From the IMG/VR virus record IMGVR_UViG_3300009788_000087: a stretch of 64,000 bases of DNA. The stretch is one strand, 5' to 3'. Shown here one piece after another: positions 19,601 to 27,959 of this stretch. The notes beneath the pieces were generated by a model. It had not been told where the DNA came from, ran no database searches, and was given only the letters and a program-made list of their open reading frames with translations. The DNA comes from a virus. The first letter of the stretch is position 1; each line of letters opens with the position of its first letter. The position numbers and the translations under genes were made by a program.

Positions 19601-19852
19601 ACGAGATCCTTTCTCAAGTTTGGACATCGATTTTGCAGCGCTATCAGTGCCCTTACTGATCTTGTCCATCGAGTTACCGATGTCAGCACTAGTCTTGGCT
19701 GCAGTCTCACCAGCGTTGCCCAGTTCCTTAACGAAACCAAGCATCTTGCTGCTCATTCCATCAATACGATTGGCGATATCATTAATACGACCACCTAAAC
19801 CTCTAAGTTGAGATTCAGTTGCGCCGAATATTGGATCTTTAGTTCCTGCCAT
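16634..19852 (-). CDS. Tape measure protein
   Basis: 1072 aa helical A/G/K-rich protein with Gly-rich hydrophobic stretch; ADGGIVTRPT..IGERGPEAIIPL; follows the chaperone. Confidence 0.85.
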   Translation of the reverse strand: MAGTKDPIFGATESQLRGLGGRINDIANRIDGMSSKMLGFVKELGNAGETAAKTSADIGNSMDKISKGTDSAAKSMSKLEKGSRGLLNVFDKLGRSLISLNASIIGLGVGLLITAVQRVYELKERWAEATGLLNMKMGALTPNIKNLTKTANAWRGTMRGLTGDFKLGGAMFTEYAATLETTGKHVQEFNKLGLQLARGFDLGAKGSGNLTKTLRTLGFSAGEATKELAQMIGISGLEGVDVNVQEVMKDLAEAGDFMSEFGRSGQKALIQSTVYLKQFNIGLKDTVRFMDVWDTFDSATEATGRLNTIFGTTISSMDMLLKQDPAERFETVRQELLAQGKTFENLSRFERKTLADTLKIGEQEIAFMLDRKKAGISYADFKAKAAKVEISERDAQKMMQEQMQATVQTLFDFGSAMDKVTTAIANALRPLFEEIGLVEKGSDAWSGFSGIMKGVTATLVKMFNSLAKSDEWKKMMQGLGRSIKGAAKWVANLKSADITGFFDKMISGIRSFVKWSQVLIAFWIGGKVTAMLLNLGRMASTVGGLGAGSVAGSWGGKKLGLGGSGAPSSNIKWGRFKHRVGGAASVAGKGLMGAGIGAGVGQLTGGGTTGGTIGGAAGGALGMVFGPLGSALGGAIGGLVGKELQGIVDYFTTPSAEDIHKAQMVKLEKERVGLLKDLNMEERRRSIQATKYQIVERREAIFRAKDNAKLKDLSDKATKKGVILSGQEAASLRDKINVLGDFGLANKKVTSALDELGAGEGPAKLSGKQLKAIYNASIKYEEKLSELKEATEKATAAALQKIEIEGIGAKRRLKTAEVEEFKLQSDEAKRAEELAKKRFGSEQERHLKDLEFQEDAARYNNTTLKPQRQAELKLYRDLKEQRNRTKIESRSAEKKLKTAQNEEIRLKIGHTKQVIAIERAGLIKRSTEFIEFSQQEKFAGGTEKDILTQFLRKGGAKKQGIGGGLLKAMIETGQVSGAVRKADGGIVTRPTMSLIGERGPEAIIPLSTMARGKGRQPTRFGGGAAKKLVNYASGGSSGDNKAVATVTAGPVYLDGRLVGRHLLNSILENSST

Positions 19853-19854
19853 TT

Positions 19855-20067
19855 CTAATCGTATTTCCTACCGTGTGGGTCTACGTGTCCTTCACCACTA
19901 CCTTCCGCTGCTTGTTCTTTCTTGATTGCTTTATTGGTTCTATCTATCCACCATTTTCTAACTTCTACAGGTAAATCCCATGCTTCAGAAAATGTTAACT
20001 TGCAGTGTCTAACACAGGTGAATATTTCTTCATAGATATATTTTTTGTTACTTGAGCTCAGGCCAAA
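19855..20067 (-). CDS. Frameshift extension of the tail assembly chaperone (GT-like)
   Basis: No suitable start codon; overlaps the upstream gene end at TTC TTT TGG; +1 frame reads FGLSSSNKKYIYEEIF..EAWDLPVEVRKWWI. Confidence 0.6.
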   Translation of the reverse strand, partial: FGLSSSNKKYIYEEIFTCVRHCKLTFSEAWDLPVEVRKWWIDRTNKAIKKEQAAEGSGEGHVDPHGRKYD

Positions 20068-20917
20068 AGAAATCCGCGCCAAAAGGCACGTCCACCTCCG
20101 ATTCTTCACCACACGCAGGACATGTAACATTTCCCTTTAATTCTACACCGGGAGAAATCTCATCGATATATTTTCTCAACCCAAGTGAATCCCTTGCAGG
20201 AATATTCCTGATCATCTTAGCTAACTTCTGCCTGTCGTTAACAGCTCCGATTGAAACGACTTGGTGCAATAAGCGCATCGTTACGTTGCTTTCCTGTGCA
20301 CCCACGCCACGAGCTTTTCTCGAACGATCCTGAAGAGTGTTCAGTTCACGCTCTTCGGCACCGGTCAGCAACTTGAATACGACTCGTTTCTTTAGTACCG
20401 GTAATTCAAAGTAGAAGAGATTTCGCCCTTCTTCAACCGGCTCTACCTTGAGCTCTTTCATTGGAATATGCCCAAGGCTGAATACGTGATCGAAGGACTC
20501 AGTACACTCTGGGCAATCGAGCTTACCATCATACTCAGCACCGTAGCCTGATACTCTGATCGCAATCAACACAGCGTTCCTGTCACCCACCAGCATCTGC
20601 TCTGGATCAATTGACTTATCAATGATGCAGCTTCTAAGAAGAGCAGACATCGCTTTCCCTTGTTTAAGCAGAGGCATTGATGTGAGGATATCTTCCTCCT
20701 TTGCCGTCATTGACTTGATGTCAATCTCTCCCCTGTTGTGGAGCGGCGACTCAACTGGGTAAATCTTACCTCTACTTGGAATAGAAACAGATGCTACTGG
20801 CACCTGAATATCATCTTCTCCGCCTGCTGCAGCCTGTTCCATCTGTGTCTGATGTAGCGCTCGCTGCTCATTTACAGTCGGCGCAGCATTCGACAAATCA
20901 ATCTTATCCGTAGACAT
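20048..20917 (-). CDS. Tail/baseplate assembly chaperone (T4 gp26-like)
   Basis: IPSRGKIYP, MTAKEEDIL, LVGDRNAVLIAIR..GYG, two CPxC motifs, ends FFWPELK. Confidence 0.75.
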   Translation of the reverse strand: MSTDKIDLSNAAPTVNEQRALHQTQMEQAAAGGEDDIQVPVASVSIPSRGKIYPVESPLHNRGEIDIKSMTAKEEDILTSMPLLKQGKAMSALLRSCIIDKSIDPEQMLVGDRNAVLIAIRVSGYGAEYDGKLDCPECTESFDHVFSLGHIPMKELKVEPVEEGRNLFYFELPVLKKRVVFKLLTGAEERELNTLQDRSRKARGVGAQESNVTMRLLHQVVSIGAVNDRQKLAKMIRNIPARDSLGLRKYIDEISPGVELKGNVTCPACGEESEVDVPFGADFFWPELK

Positions 20918-20972
20918 TCAAGCTCCTTTATTCTTGATATTGCTCCACATAAGTATGTCTCGGAGCATCTTT

Positions 20973-21674
20973 TTAAGACGTGATCTCTGAGAGAGATAGA
21001 TGTCTTCCTAAGTTCTTTTCTTCCATATGCAGAACCTCGTGACATTCTTGACAAAGTGTGATACCAGAGACACTTTCTTTTAAATGATATGCGATGACAT
21101 CTTCAACAACTTCAGTCTCTTCATCCCATGACATCTTAGGCCAATGTTCTGACATGAATCTTTGGATGATCTCAGCCATTCGTTCCTCATAGTGATGAAC
21201 AATAAGATTTTCTGTCGACTTGCATTGTGCACATTGGAAATTTGCTTCTTTAAGAATCGGTCGTTTCCAGTGTTTATAAAGTTGATGTGAGCCACGAATT
21301 CTCTGTGTGACTGCAGAACTTCCACCTTTCCACATGGGATGATCGGGACCTGTGAGAGGTAAGTTTATAGTTCCTTCTTTCCATCTCTTTTTGAGAGAAT
21401 TAGATCTTCGTAATTTTCCTTCTTCTGACTTTGCTTCAGTTATCAACCCTTGGATATTTTTCTTCACGCGCTCATCTGATTCTATAGTCTTTCCCTTATT
21501 CCAAACTTCAGGCATAATACCGTCTTTATGTCTTTTTTTCATAGATACGCGACGTCTTTCTCTGATGTCGGCACGTTTTGAAACGTTATTAACCCGTGAA
21601 TGGTGACCACGAACCCACTTATTCTTTACCTCTGCGCCGCAACCACACATACAATACTTCTTCTCTTCAGACAT
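20973..21674 (-). mobile_element. Free-standing HNH homing endonuclease
   Basis: CMCGCG N-terminus, NUMOD-like WNKG and GPDHPMWKGG, CAQC..LIVHH..GITLCQECH; sits between tube and chaperone genes. Confidence 0.8.
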
Positions 21675-21711
21675 AGAAAACCCCCTAGCAGTTTTAGCTA
21701 ACTAGGGGGTC
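21675..21711 (-). terminator. Rho-independent terminator-like hairpin after the tail tube gene
   Basis: ACCCCCTAG-13 nt-CTAGGGGGT followed by TTTCT on the coding strand, ending at the HNH ATG. Confidence 0.7.
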
Positions 21712-21746
21712 ATCGTGTTTGATTATGCTTTAATATAAAGCGTTAT

Positions 21747-22235
21747 CTAAAATTGCTGGATCGCGTTGTCAAATCTTATGCTCAAACTAATCTCTACGTT
21801 ATCTGAGCTAGCGTAGTCTAGGTCACCCCAGTTGATGTCCATCGGCCATGCGCCCTTTAAGTCCCATAGCTCAACAACTGCACCTTGTGGGTCAAGAAGC
21901 TTCAGTGTGATATCTTTCTTATACACTGTAGCATATCCCATCCTGCCTGTTAAGTTCTCGTAGTTCAATCGCATCCAGTCCATGATCTTCTGTGATGCAG
22001 ACGGAGCGATAGGATCATGGAGCGTAACAGCAATCGGGTTCCATGCTTGCTTACCAGAGATCCATCTCTTTGCATTGATATAGTCAATGACTGTCTCTTC
22101 GAATGTTGCCTGTGGACGTGCAGCTGTCTTCATAACAAATGCATCAACACCGTCGATCTCGAGCAACCAACGAAATTTTCTTTTCGGTTCGTATGTGTTA
22201 GCCAGTAACTGCCCAACTTCAAGTACTTCTGCCAT
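21747..22235 (-). CDS. gp19: Tail tube protein
   Basis: EPKRKFRW..IDG; WNPIAVTLHDPIAPSASQKIMDW; GAWP; LDYASSD; downstream of sheath. Confidence 0.9.
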   Translation of the reverse strand: MAEVLEVGQLLANTYEPKRKFRWLLEIDGVDAFVMKTAARPQATFEETVIDYINAKRWISGKQAWNPIAVTLHDPIAPSASQKIMDWMRLNYENLTGRMGYATVYKKDITLKLLDPQGAVVELWDLKGAWPMDINWGDLDYASSDNVEISLSIRFDNAIQQF

Positions 22236-22275
22236 TTTATTATTCTCCCGCGCGCTTCTGCTGCGCCCGCTACTA

Positions 22276-22282
22276 CTAAATA
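22276..22282 (-). promoter_or_regulatory. Candidate late-promoter motif TATTTAG
   Basis: 40 nt upstream of the tail tube ATG. Confidence 0.45.
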
Positions 22283-22311
22283 ATGAAATGTGTCTGTTTT
22301 CACATAGTTTC

Positions 22312-22362
22312 TTATAAATCTATGATAATGTCACGTACTTCGAGCGACTCTAGACTTAGCAT
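22312..22362 (-). CDS. Possible 16-aa micro-ORF MLSLESLEVRDIIIDL
   Basis: ATG 22362 to TAA 22314-12, GGAG 8 nt upstream. Confidence 0.25.
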   Translation of the reverse strand: MLSLESLEVRDIIIDL

Positions 22363-22424
22363 GTTAAATACTCCACGACCCCCTAGACTGAAAACAACAG
22401 AGAGGAGCTGGTGGCCACTGGCGC

Positions 22425-23069
22425 CTATGAGAATTGCTTATAGCCTACAATTCTCATTGTAAATTCCGTGAGAGATGTAAGATCATCCTTTATGACTACT
22501 ACGGCTTTATCTTCTGTGCCTCTACCTAGACGAATACCATTGGGAACAATGGCTGCGACATCAAGAACCATCATCAATGCATTGTCTGTAGAAGTCCAGT
22601 TAGTAATCTGATTAACTGCACTCGCGGTGCCCCAAGCAGCAGCCATTGCCGTTGAAGCTAAGAACTGACCGTTTGTTTGAACATCTTGTACAACAAACGT
22701 TTCAACTCCAGATTCTTCAATCTTTATATCAACACCGTTTGTTAAACCGCTAATGATATTTCCAAACCTATTTGTTGGAACGGCTGAATCTGCGACTATT
22801 ATTATGATTTTTCCGATGTGAATATCTGCATCGGCATCTGCAGCAATAAAGAATTCTTGATTAGTCGTGGATCCATCAACATTCATATTTCCATTTACAC
22901 GACCTGTAATACCACTCGACCCTATATACCCGCCGAAAAACCTAAGACGATTCGAAGTTCCAATAGCAGGAAGCTCATCGGGTACATTAGTAACTCTAAG
23001 AGCTCTCTGCTTAGTAACAATAGCCGCTGTTTCATCGTCAGGGTTTATTATAATATTCTTTATTGGCAT
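22425..23069 (-). CDS. Hypothetical protein, probably virion-associated
   Basis: 214 aa beta-rich ORF between sheath and tube. Confidence 0.55.
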   Translation of the reverse strand: MPIKNIIINPDDETAAIVTKQRALRVTNVPDELPAIGTSNRLRFFGGYIGSSGITGRVNGNMNVDGSTTNQEFFIAADADADIHIGKIIIIVADSAVPTNRFGNIISGLTNGVDIKIEESGVETFVVQDVQTNGQFLASTAMAAAWGTASAVNQITNWTSTDNALMMVLDVAAIVPNGIRLGRGTEDKAVVVIKDDLTSLTEFTMRIVGYKQFS

Positions 23070-23642
23070 TTATTCTTCTAAGAGATCAAAGAATCTAACA
23101 AATGGCGTAACTCTGAGAAATGTATTTCCTGGCGGAGGAGTTATTTGCATTCCTAATGATGATCCAGGAGGAAGAGTAATAGGTACAGTTCCAGTGACAG
23201 TCCTACCAGTTGGCACATATCCAGAAAAGAATATCTGACCATTGTCGAATGTCGTTCCTTCGCCGCCGAGTTGCGCTGAAACAACCGGTGCTTTCAATGA
23301 ACCAAAATTCATGTTGGGTGTTTCAACAATTGAACCCGACGATATTGAACCAGGGTTTCTAAAAAATTCAACTAATACAGATCCAGTACCAGGACCAATC
23401 GGTGTGTCTATTACGACGCCTTGAACTTTAGCTAAGTAATTAACTGTGCTGTTATTCATAAGAAACAACACTGCGCTAGGATTAGCAGAAGTCAAAGTTA
23501 TAGAGCCTGAGTTGAAATTATAAAGAGTTAATGTTTCAGATGCGTGAGCTTCATCTGATTCAGTTATTGCTCTTGTCTTTAAACGATTATCAAAGCTTAC
23601 TTCTGCTCTTCTTCCTGTTGATGGTGATTGGATTAATGCCAT
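23070..23642 (-). CDS. Hypothetical protein, probably virion-associated
   Basis: 190 aa G/S/T/P-rich; N-terminus resembles that of the next gene (AEVSFDNRLKT vs AAIVTKQRALRV). Confidence 0.55.
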   Translation of the reverse strand: MALIQSPSTGRRAEVSFDNRLKTRAITESDEAHASETLTLYNFNSGSITLTSANPSAVLFLMNNSTVNYLAKVQGVVIDTPIGPGTGSVLVEFFRNPGSISSGSIVETPNMNFGSLKAPVVSAQLGGEGTTFDNGQIFFSGYVPTGRTVTGTVPITLPPGSSLGMQITPPPGNTFLRVTPFVRFFDLLEE

Positions 23643-23684
23643 TTCTCTTATTCCCTAACGCGTTGGTGGATCCTTACAATCATA

Positions 23685-23691
23685 CTAAATA
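23685..23691 (-). promoter_or_regulatory. Candidate late-promoter motif TATTTAG
   Basis: 42 nt upstream of ATG 23642. Confidence 0.4.
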
Positions 23692-23969
23692 TCAATGTCT
23701 TCTTTCTCTATATTCTGGTCGTTAATCAGTGAGAAATGCGCATTCATAATTTTTAATTCACACAGAATATCTTCCAAAAGTGAAACCTGTGTCGGTTGTA
23801 ATCTGAGATTCATCAACGCAGATCCACTGATCGCAGATCCTGGCCCAAGACTGCCACTTATTGAATTTAAAGAACCTGTAGCTTCTGCAAACGAACCAGT
23901 AAGTTCATCTAACCTATAAAGATTCTCATCTGGGAAATAATCACCAGCTGGTGGACAACCATGAGTCAT
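23685..23969 (-). CDS. Hypothetical small protein with repeated [ST]GS motifs
   Basis: LTGSF, ATGSL, ISGSL, ISGSA in 94 aa. Confidence 0.5.
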   Translation of the reverse strand: MTHGCPPAGDYFPDENLYRLDELTGSFAEATGSLNSISGSLGPGSAISGSALMNLRLQPTQVSLLEDILCELKIMNAHFSLINDQNIEKEDIDI

Positions 23970-23992
23970 ACATTATACTTAGATTACACAGT

Positions 23993-24568
23993 CTATGATG
24001 GAACCGCGAAGCTAGCAGATGGTTTCCAATGAACTTGAACTGTCAAATCTGCAGATTCACCACCTGTGACTTCATCAAGCACTACGCCGAGGAGTTCACC
24101 TGCCGCCCAACTACTTGAACCTGGTGCGAATGTAGATGTCTCAGCAACAGCTCCATCACCGTCAGAAGCAGAGAGATTGCACTTGAATACCAAGTCAGAG
24201 AAAATCGACTCATTTGTACCTGGAAGTGCACCGGCCGCAATCTTCTGAATATCGACTGTAGTCGTTCCGCCGGATCCGCTCATTCTCTGGAATGCAGTGA
24301 TCTTCGTGATGATTCTGTTAGACTGTGCATTGTAGCGTAGTCCACCGTAATACTCACCACCAACATCCTGACCTTGCCCCAAGTGCTCGGCGATTGTGCC
24401 GGACACATGCATTACCTCATTAAATGAAGCTGTCAAGTGTCCGACAAGTGAATCTATCTGATCACGATTGTAATTTTCGATTCTATCATCTTCAAGACGA
24501 GAGGTATAATGTAGCGGACGTGTTGCTAGTTCTGACCCGGATAATCCGAGAACATGAGTTATTGACAT
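23993..24568 (-). CDS. Hypothetical virion protein (jelly-roll-like)
   Basis: 191 aa; GGTTTVDIQK..WAAGELLGVVLD..DLTVQVHW pattern. Confidence 0.5.
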   Translation of the reverse strand: MSITHVLGLSGSELATRPLHYTSRLEDDRIENYNRDQIDSLVGHLTASFNEVMHVSGTIAEHLGQGQDVGGEYYGGLRYNAQSNRIITKITAFQRMSGSGGTTTVDIQKIAAGALPGTNESIFSDLVFKCNLSASDGDGAVAETSTFAPGSSSWAAGELLGVVLDEVTGGESADLTVQVHWKPSASFAVPS

Positions 24569-24582
24569 TCTCTATTGTCTCC

Positions 24583-26946
24583 CTACGCAGTGAACTCAAC
24601 ACCAGATGCGGTGATAATGAACTGCAAGTCAATGAATTCAGCTGTCCTGGTTGGCTGCAAGAAGATCTTTCCGATCATGATGTTCCTGTCAACCACGTCA
24701 GGCGTGTTGAGGTTTGTGTCCATTACAACCTGGAATCTTTCAAGACCCTGTTTCTGCCTGATGTCTTCCAAGATTGGATTGACGAGGTTTGTGAACCTCT
24801 GGTATGTAGCAGGATTGTTCGGCTCGAAGACTAGGAACTTAGCTGCAGATGCAATCGTCTTCTTTGCGAAGATGAGAAGCCTACGCACATTCACTCTGTC
24901 GAGTGCCGATGCTGCAACTTGAAGAGTCTTCTGACCCCAGACCGTAATTCCCTCATTTGGGAACGACGCGATTGGATTGACCCTGTTGTCATACAGTGAA
25001 TCTCTATCAGAGAATGTCAATCTGTCGATTACATCAACGACACCAAACTGGTTGAGACCACCACGATTCAGACCTGCTGGAGCAAACCACTGCTGTCCGA
25101 CGCGGTCAGAGAATGCATACGCACCCAAAACCACAGTCGACGGCTTGACTCTAACAATCCTGTTATTGTCCCTATCATCGATCTTGACGTCTGGATAGTA
25201 TGTTGCAGTATAGTTGTCATCAATTTCACGAGACTTCAATCCATCAATTGCTTCAGTTGGCGTTGCGCCGGTGATGTCCATGATGTAGATTGCATCCATC
25301 CTATCATTTACAAGCAATCTCGCGTGATCAGTGACCTTAAGGTTCTCAACACCAGGTATTGCCAAGATGTTGATATCGATGAAGTCAGGATTCGCGATAG
25401 TATCGAGAGATCTCTTCATGGATGTAACAGCGAGGTTCGTGTCACTGGCATTGTTAGCGATATCAAGTGGATCTTCAACTCTAAGATCGAAACCATCGAA
25501 ACCACCCTGTATTGCAAACGTGAACTGCTGTAATGAAGCACTAATGAAGATTGGCGCATATGCCGTGATTGCCGTGTTGTACTCGTACCTCTCTCTGCCC
25601 GTTGCGAACGATGCACTGAGATGTTTAAGTGAGAAGTCAGTATCATCCTGACCGGCTATGCTTACTACATTATCAATTACCTCTTGGTCGGTAAGTGCAG
25701 GAAGTGACCTCATCCTGTCAGCAATTCCACCAGACACAAACTGGACTCCCCAGTAAATCTTGGAATTGAAGTTTCCATTTGTGTCAATTTGGTTCGGCTG
25801 GAACTTAAGTTCAGGAATCCTATTATCTCCGTCACCATCAAGCTCAGTATCATGACGAGAGTACGCCATCTTATCATATCCACGGAATCCCCATGGAAGT
25901 GCTTCCGACGGTGCACCATTGTTCTTTAAAGCTTCAACTCTGATTAGCTTGCTCTTTGTTGGGAAATCTCCGTGTGAAACAAACTTGCGCTCATTCGTAT
26001 CGAACTCTTCCCACATATCACCAATCCTACGACAAATGTAATTCCTATCATCAGGATCAAGAGAAAGACCGATAAACGTCTCGAAAACCTCAGGACGAAT
26101 GTCGGTATCATAGAAGTTTCTTACAACTAGATCAAAGCTTCCAAACGGAGTTGACAAGTCATTTACAGATGGTCGAATATTCTGGATTGAAATCTTTATT
26201 TCGTCATTTGTCGAACGACCATGGCCAAGTGTATGGAGCTTAAAGAGGTTAAACTCATTACCACCGAGTAATTGTGACTTAACGAATGTCGTAGAACCAG
26301 ATGTAAAGTTCTTTGCAAACGATGTAATTGTTCCTGAAACAGCTACTATATCCCATGAAGCTGATGCGGGAAGGTCTGCATACTTGAAAATCTGGTATAC
26401 GTAGTGATTATCTGTGCTATATCTTGTCGGGTCTGTATTAAGAACCTTTCCGATATATTCTGCAGATGACGTCAAGAATGACGCAGTTGCAGAAAATGTT
26501 CCAGCTGTAAACACAAACTTGTCAGCATCACCATCAACACCAACAACACTGATTTCGCTCACTGTACCGCTATGATGGATTACAGCAAGAATGCTACCTG
26601 TAGTTTCAATCGAACCACTGGTATCATAAATTCCACTAATTCCATCTACGGAATATCCAGCAGTTACATTAGCCAGACCATCATTATGGCCTAGAACTCT
26701 AACAAAATTCAGAGTTGAGTTGTTCGCAAGGTAATTCTGTGCGGCATAAGGTCCTTCCTTAAGCACGTCTAGACCACCCAGTCTCTCAAGGAATTCTTGG
26801 AAATTAGCTAGCGTAACTGGAACCATAGCTGGTCCCTTCTTGGAAGTACCGATAACTGCGGCGCCGATTCCAGCAACTCCCTGTGCTAAGAATGACTGGT
26901 CGATCTCGCTGGTAAAGACACCTGCGCTTAAAAACTTTGAAGCCAT
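24583..26946 (-). CDS. gp18: Tail sheath protein
   Basis: FLSAGVFTSEID N-terminus; WFAPAGLNRG, NPIASF, WGQKTLQ, LDRVNVRRL, QPTRTAEFI. Confidence 0.95.
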   Translation of the reverse strand: MASKFLSAGVFTSEIDQSFLAQGVAGIGAAVIGTSKKGPAMVPVTLANFQEFLERLGGLDVLKEGPYAAQNYLANNSTLNFVRVLGHNDGLANVTAGYSVDGISGIYDTSGSIETTGSILAVIHHSGTVSEISVVGVDGDADKFVFTAGTFSATASFLTSSAEYIGKVLNTDPTRYSTDNHYVYQIFKYADLPASASWDIVAVSGTITSFAKNFTSGSTTFVKSQLLGGNEFNLFKLHTLGHGRSTNDEIKISIQNIRPSVNDLSTPFGSFDLVVRNFYDTDIRPEVFETFIGLSLDPDDRNYICRRIGDMWEEFDTNERKFVSHGDFPTKSKLIRVEALKNNGAPSEALPWGFRGYDKMAYSRHDTELDGDGDNRIPELKFQPNQIDTNGNFNSKIYWGVQFVSGGIADRMRSLPALTDQEVIDNVVSIAGQDDTDFSLKHLSASFATGRERYEYNTAITAYAPIFISASLQQFTFAIQGGFDGFDLRVEDPLDIANNASDTNLAVTSMKRSLDTIANPDFIDINILAIPGVENLKVTDHARLLVNDRMDAIYIMDITGATPTEAIDGLKSREIDDNYTATYYPDVKIDDRDNNRIVRVKPSTVVLGAYAFSDRVGQQWFAPAGLNRGGLNQFGVVDVIDRLTFSDRDSLYDNRVNPIASFPNEGITVWGQKTLQVAASALDRVNVRRLLIFAKKTIASAAKFLVFEPNNPATYQRFTNLVNPILEDIRQKQGLERFQVVMDTNLNTPDVVDRNIMIGKIFLQPTRTAEFIDLQFIITASGVEFTA

Positions 26947-27074
26947 CGATGATATCTCCTATTAATCTGGCCTAGGATTCAAGGTAAACGACCAGATATA
27001 GCTACCGTTAATTAGATTTGTTGACAGTCAAAGTCCCTTTTTTCTGGAAAGTTTTTTGGCAAAATATTCAAAAC

Positions 27075-27959
27075 CTAACTAGGGAGCGTATAGTATGTCT
27101 TAAGAATTGCTCCTGGAGAGAAAATCTCATCAAGTTCATCTTCACTATCCACAAAACAAACGTTTTCATCTGAGAACTTGATATCAAAAGCAGTTTTTTC
27201 AGTTTGAATAGCAGGACGTGTACCCTGCGGGTCAAGTTGAAGGTATGTCGGAACTGTCACGTTGAAAGAATATTTCACGATTCTCTCTTGATCTGTGAAT
27301 TCTTCGAAGTTCCCAGCGTCTGTGAGGCTAGTGTCGATTAATCCGATGAAGTAATAACCTTTGAGCGGATCTTTATTTTCGAATTCGACACCTTGACTCG
27401 ACTTATTCTCGAACTTACTCCTGTAAAGAGGTGCGACGAATTGGTTCTGTATATCAAGTGCATTGAAGATTTTCTCAACAATCTTATTCATCTGCAGGAT
27501 ATACTGAGCTTGGATTGTTACTTCGTATGTAGTCACGAACCAGTCTGGCATCGGTATCTTCGTTAGTTCATAGACGATTTTTCCACTTCTATCCTGGTTC
27601 GGCAACGTGCGTGAACTGATTGCATTCTGCACGACACTAGTCTTCTTGTCTACTCTCCTCGCAATTGTTAGGTTTGCTTGTTCAGTACCAAGAGCCATCA
27701 TCGACCTATCACGTTCCATGGAAGTGCGTCTAACACTAACGAGAGGGAGTATCAGAAGACCATTTTTGTCTCTCAGTCCGCGCTGATCTCGAGCTGTCGA
27801 CCATCTCTCACCTGATGCGAAGATAACAGGTACTTTCTTGAGTTCTCGAGTAGGCGTCTCAACGAATGCATCAACAGAACGATCGAACCAATCATAAATT
27901 GATTGATCGACATCTTCTATCGTAATGTCTTGATATTCTGTTCTCTCGTCAGTTGACAT
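27075..27959 (-). CDS. Putative tail terminator/completion protein (gp15-like)
   Basis: ITIEDVDQSI..F; VPVIFASGERW; LPLVSVRRTS; between neck and sheath. Confidence 0.55.
   Translation of the reverse strand: MSTDERTEYQDITIEDVDQSIYDWFDRSVDAFVETPTRELKKVPVIFASGERWSTARDQRGLRDKNGLLILPLVSVRRTSMERDRSMMALGTEQANLTIARRVDKKTSVVQNAISSRTLPNQDRSGKIVYELTKIPMPDWFVTTYEVTIQAQYILQMNKIVEKIFNALDIQNQFVAPLYRSKFENKSSQGVEFENKDPLKGYYFIGLIDTSLTDAGNFEEFTDQERIVKYSFNVTVPTYLQLDPQGTRPAIQTEKTAFDIKFSDENVCFVDSEDELDEIFSPGAILKTYYTLPS

Noticed and set aside
19855-20130. Independent gene starting at 20130
   Set aside because: The start lies 80 nt inside the chaperone gene with an implausible N-terminus; a frameshift explains it better
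22236-22424. tRNA or other structured ncRNA in the largest intergenic gap
   Set aside because: No T-loop or D-loop consensus and no convincing cloverleaf
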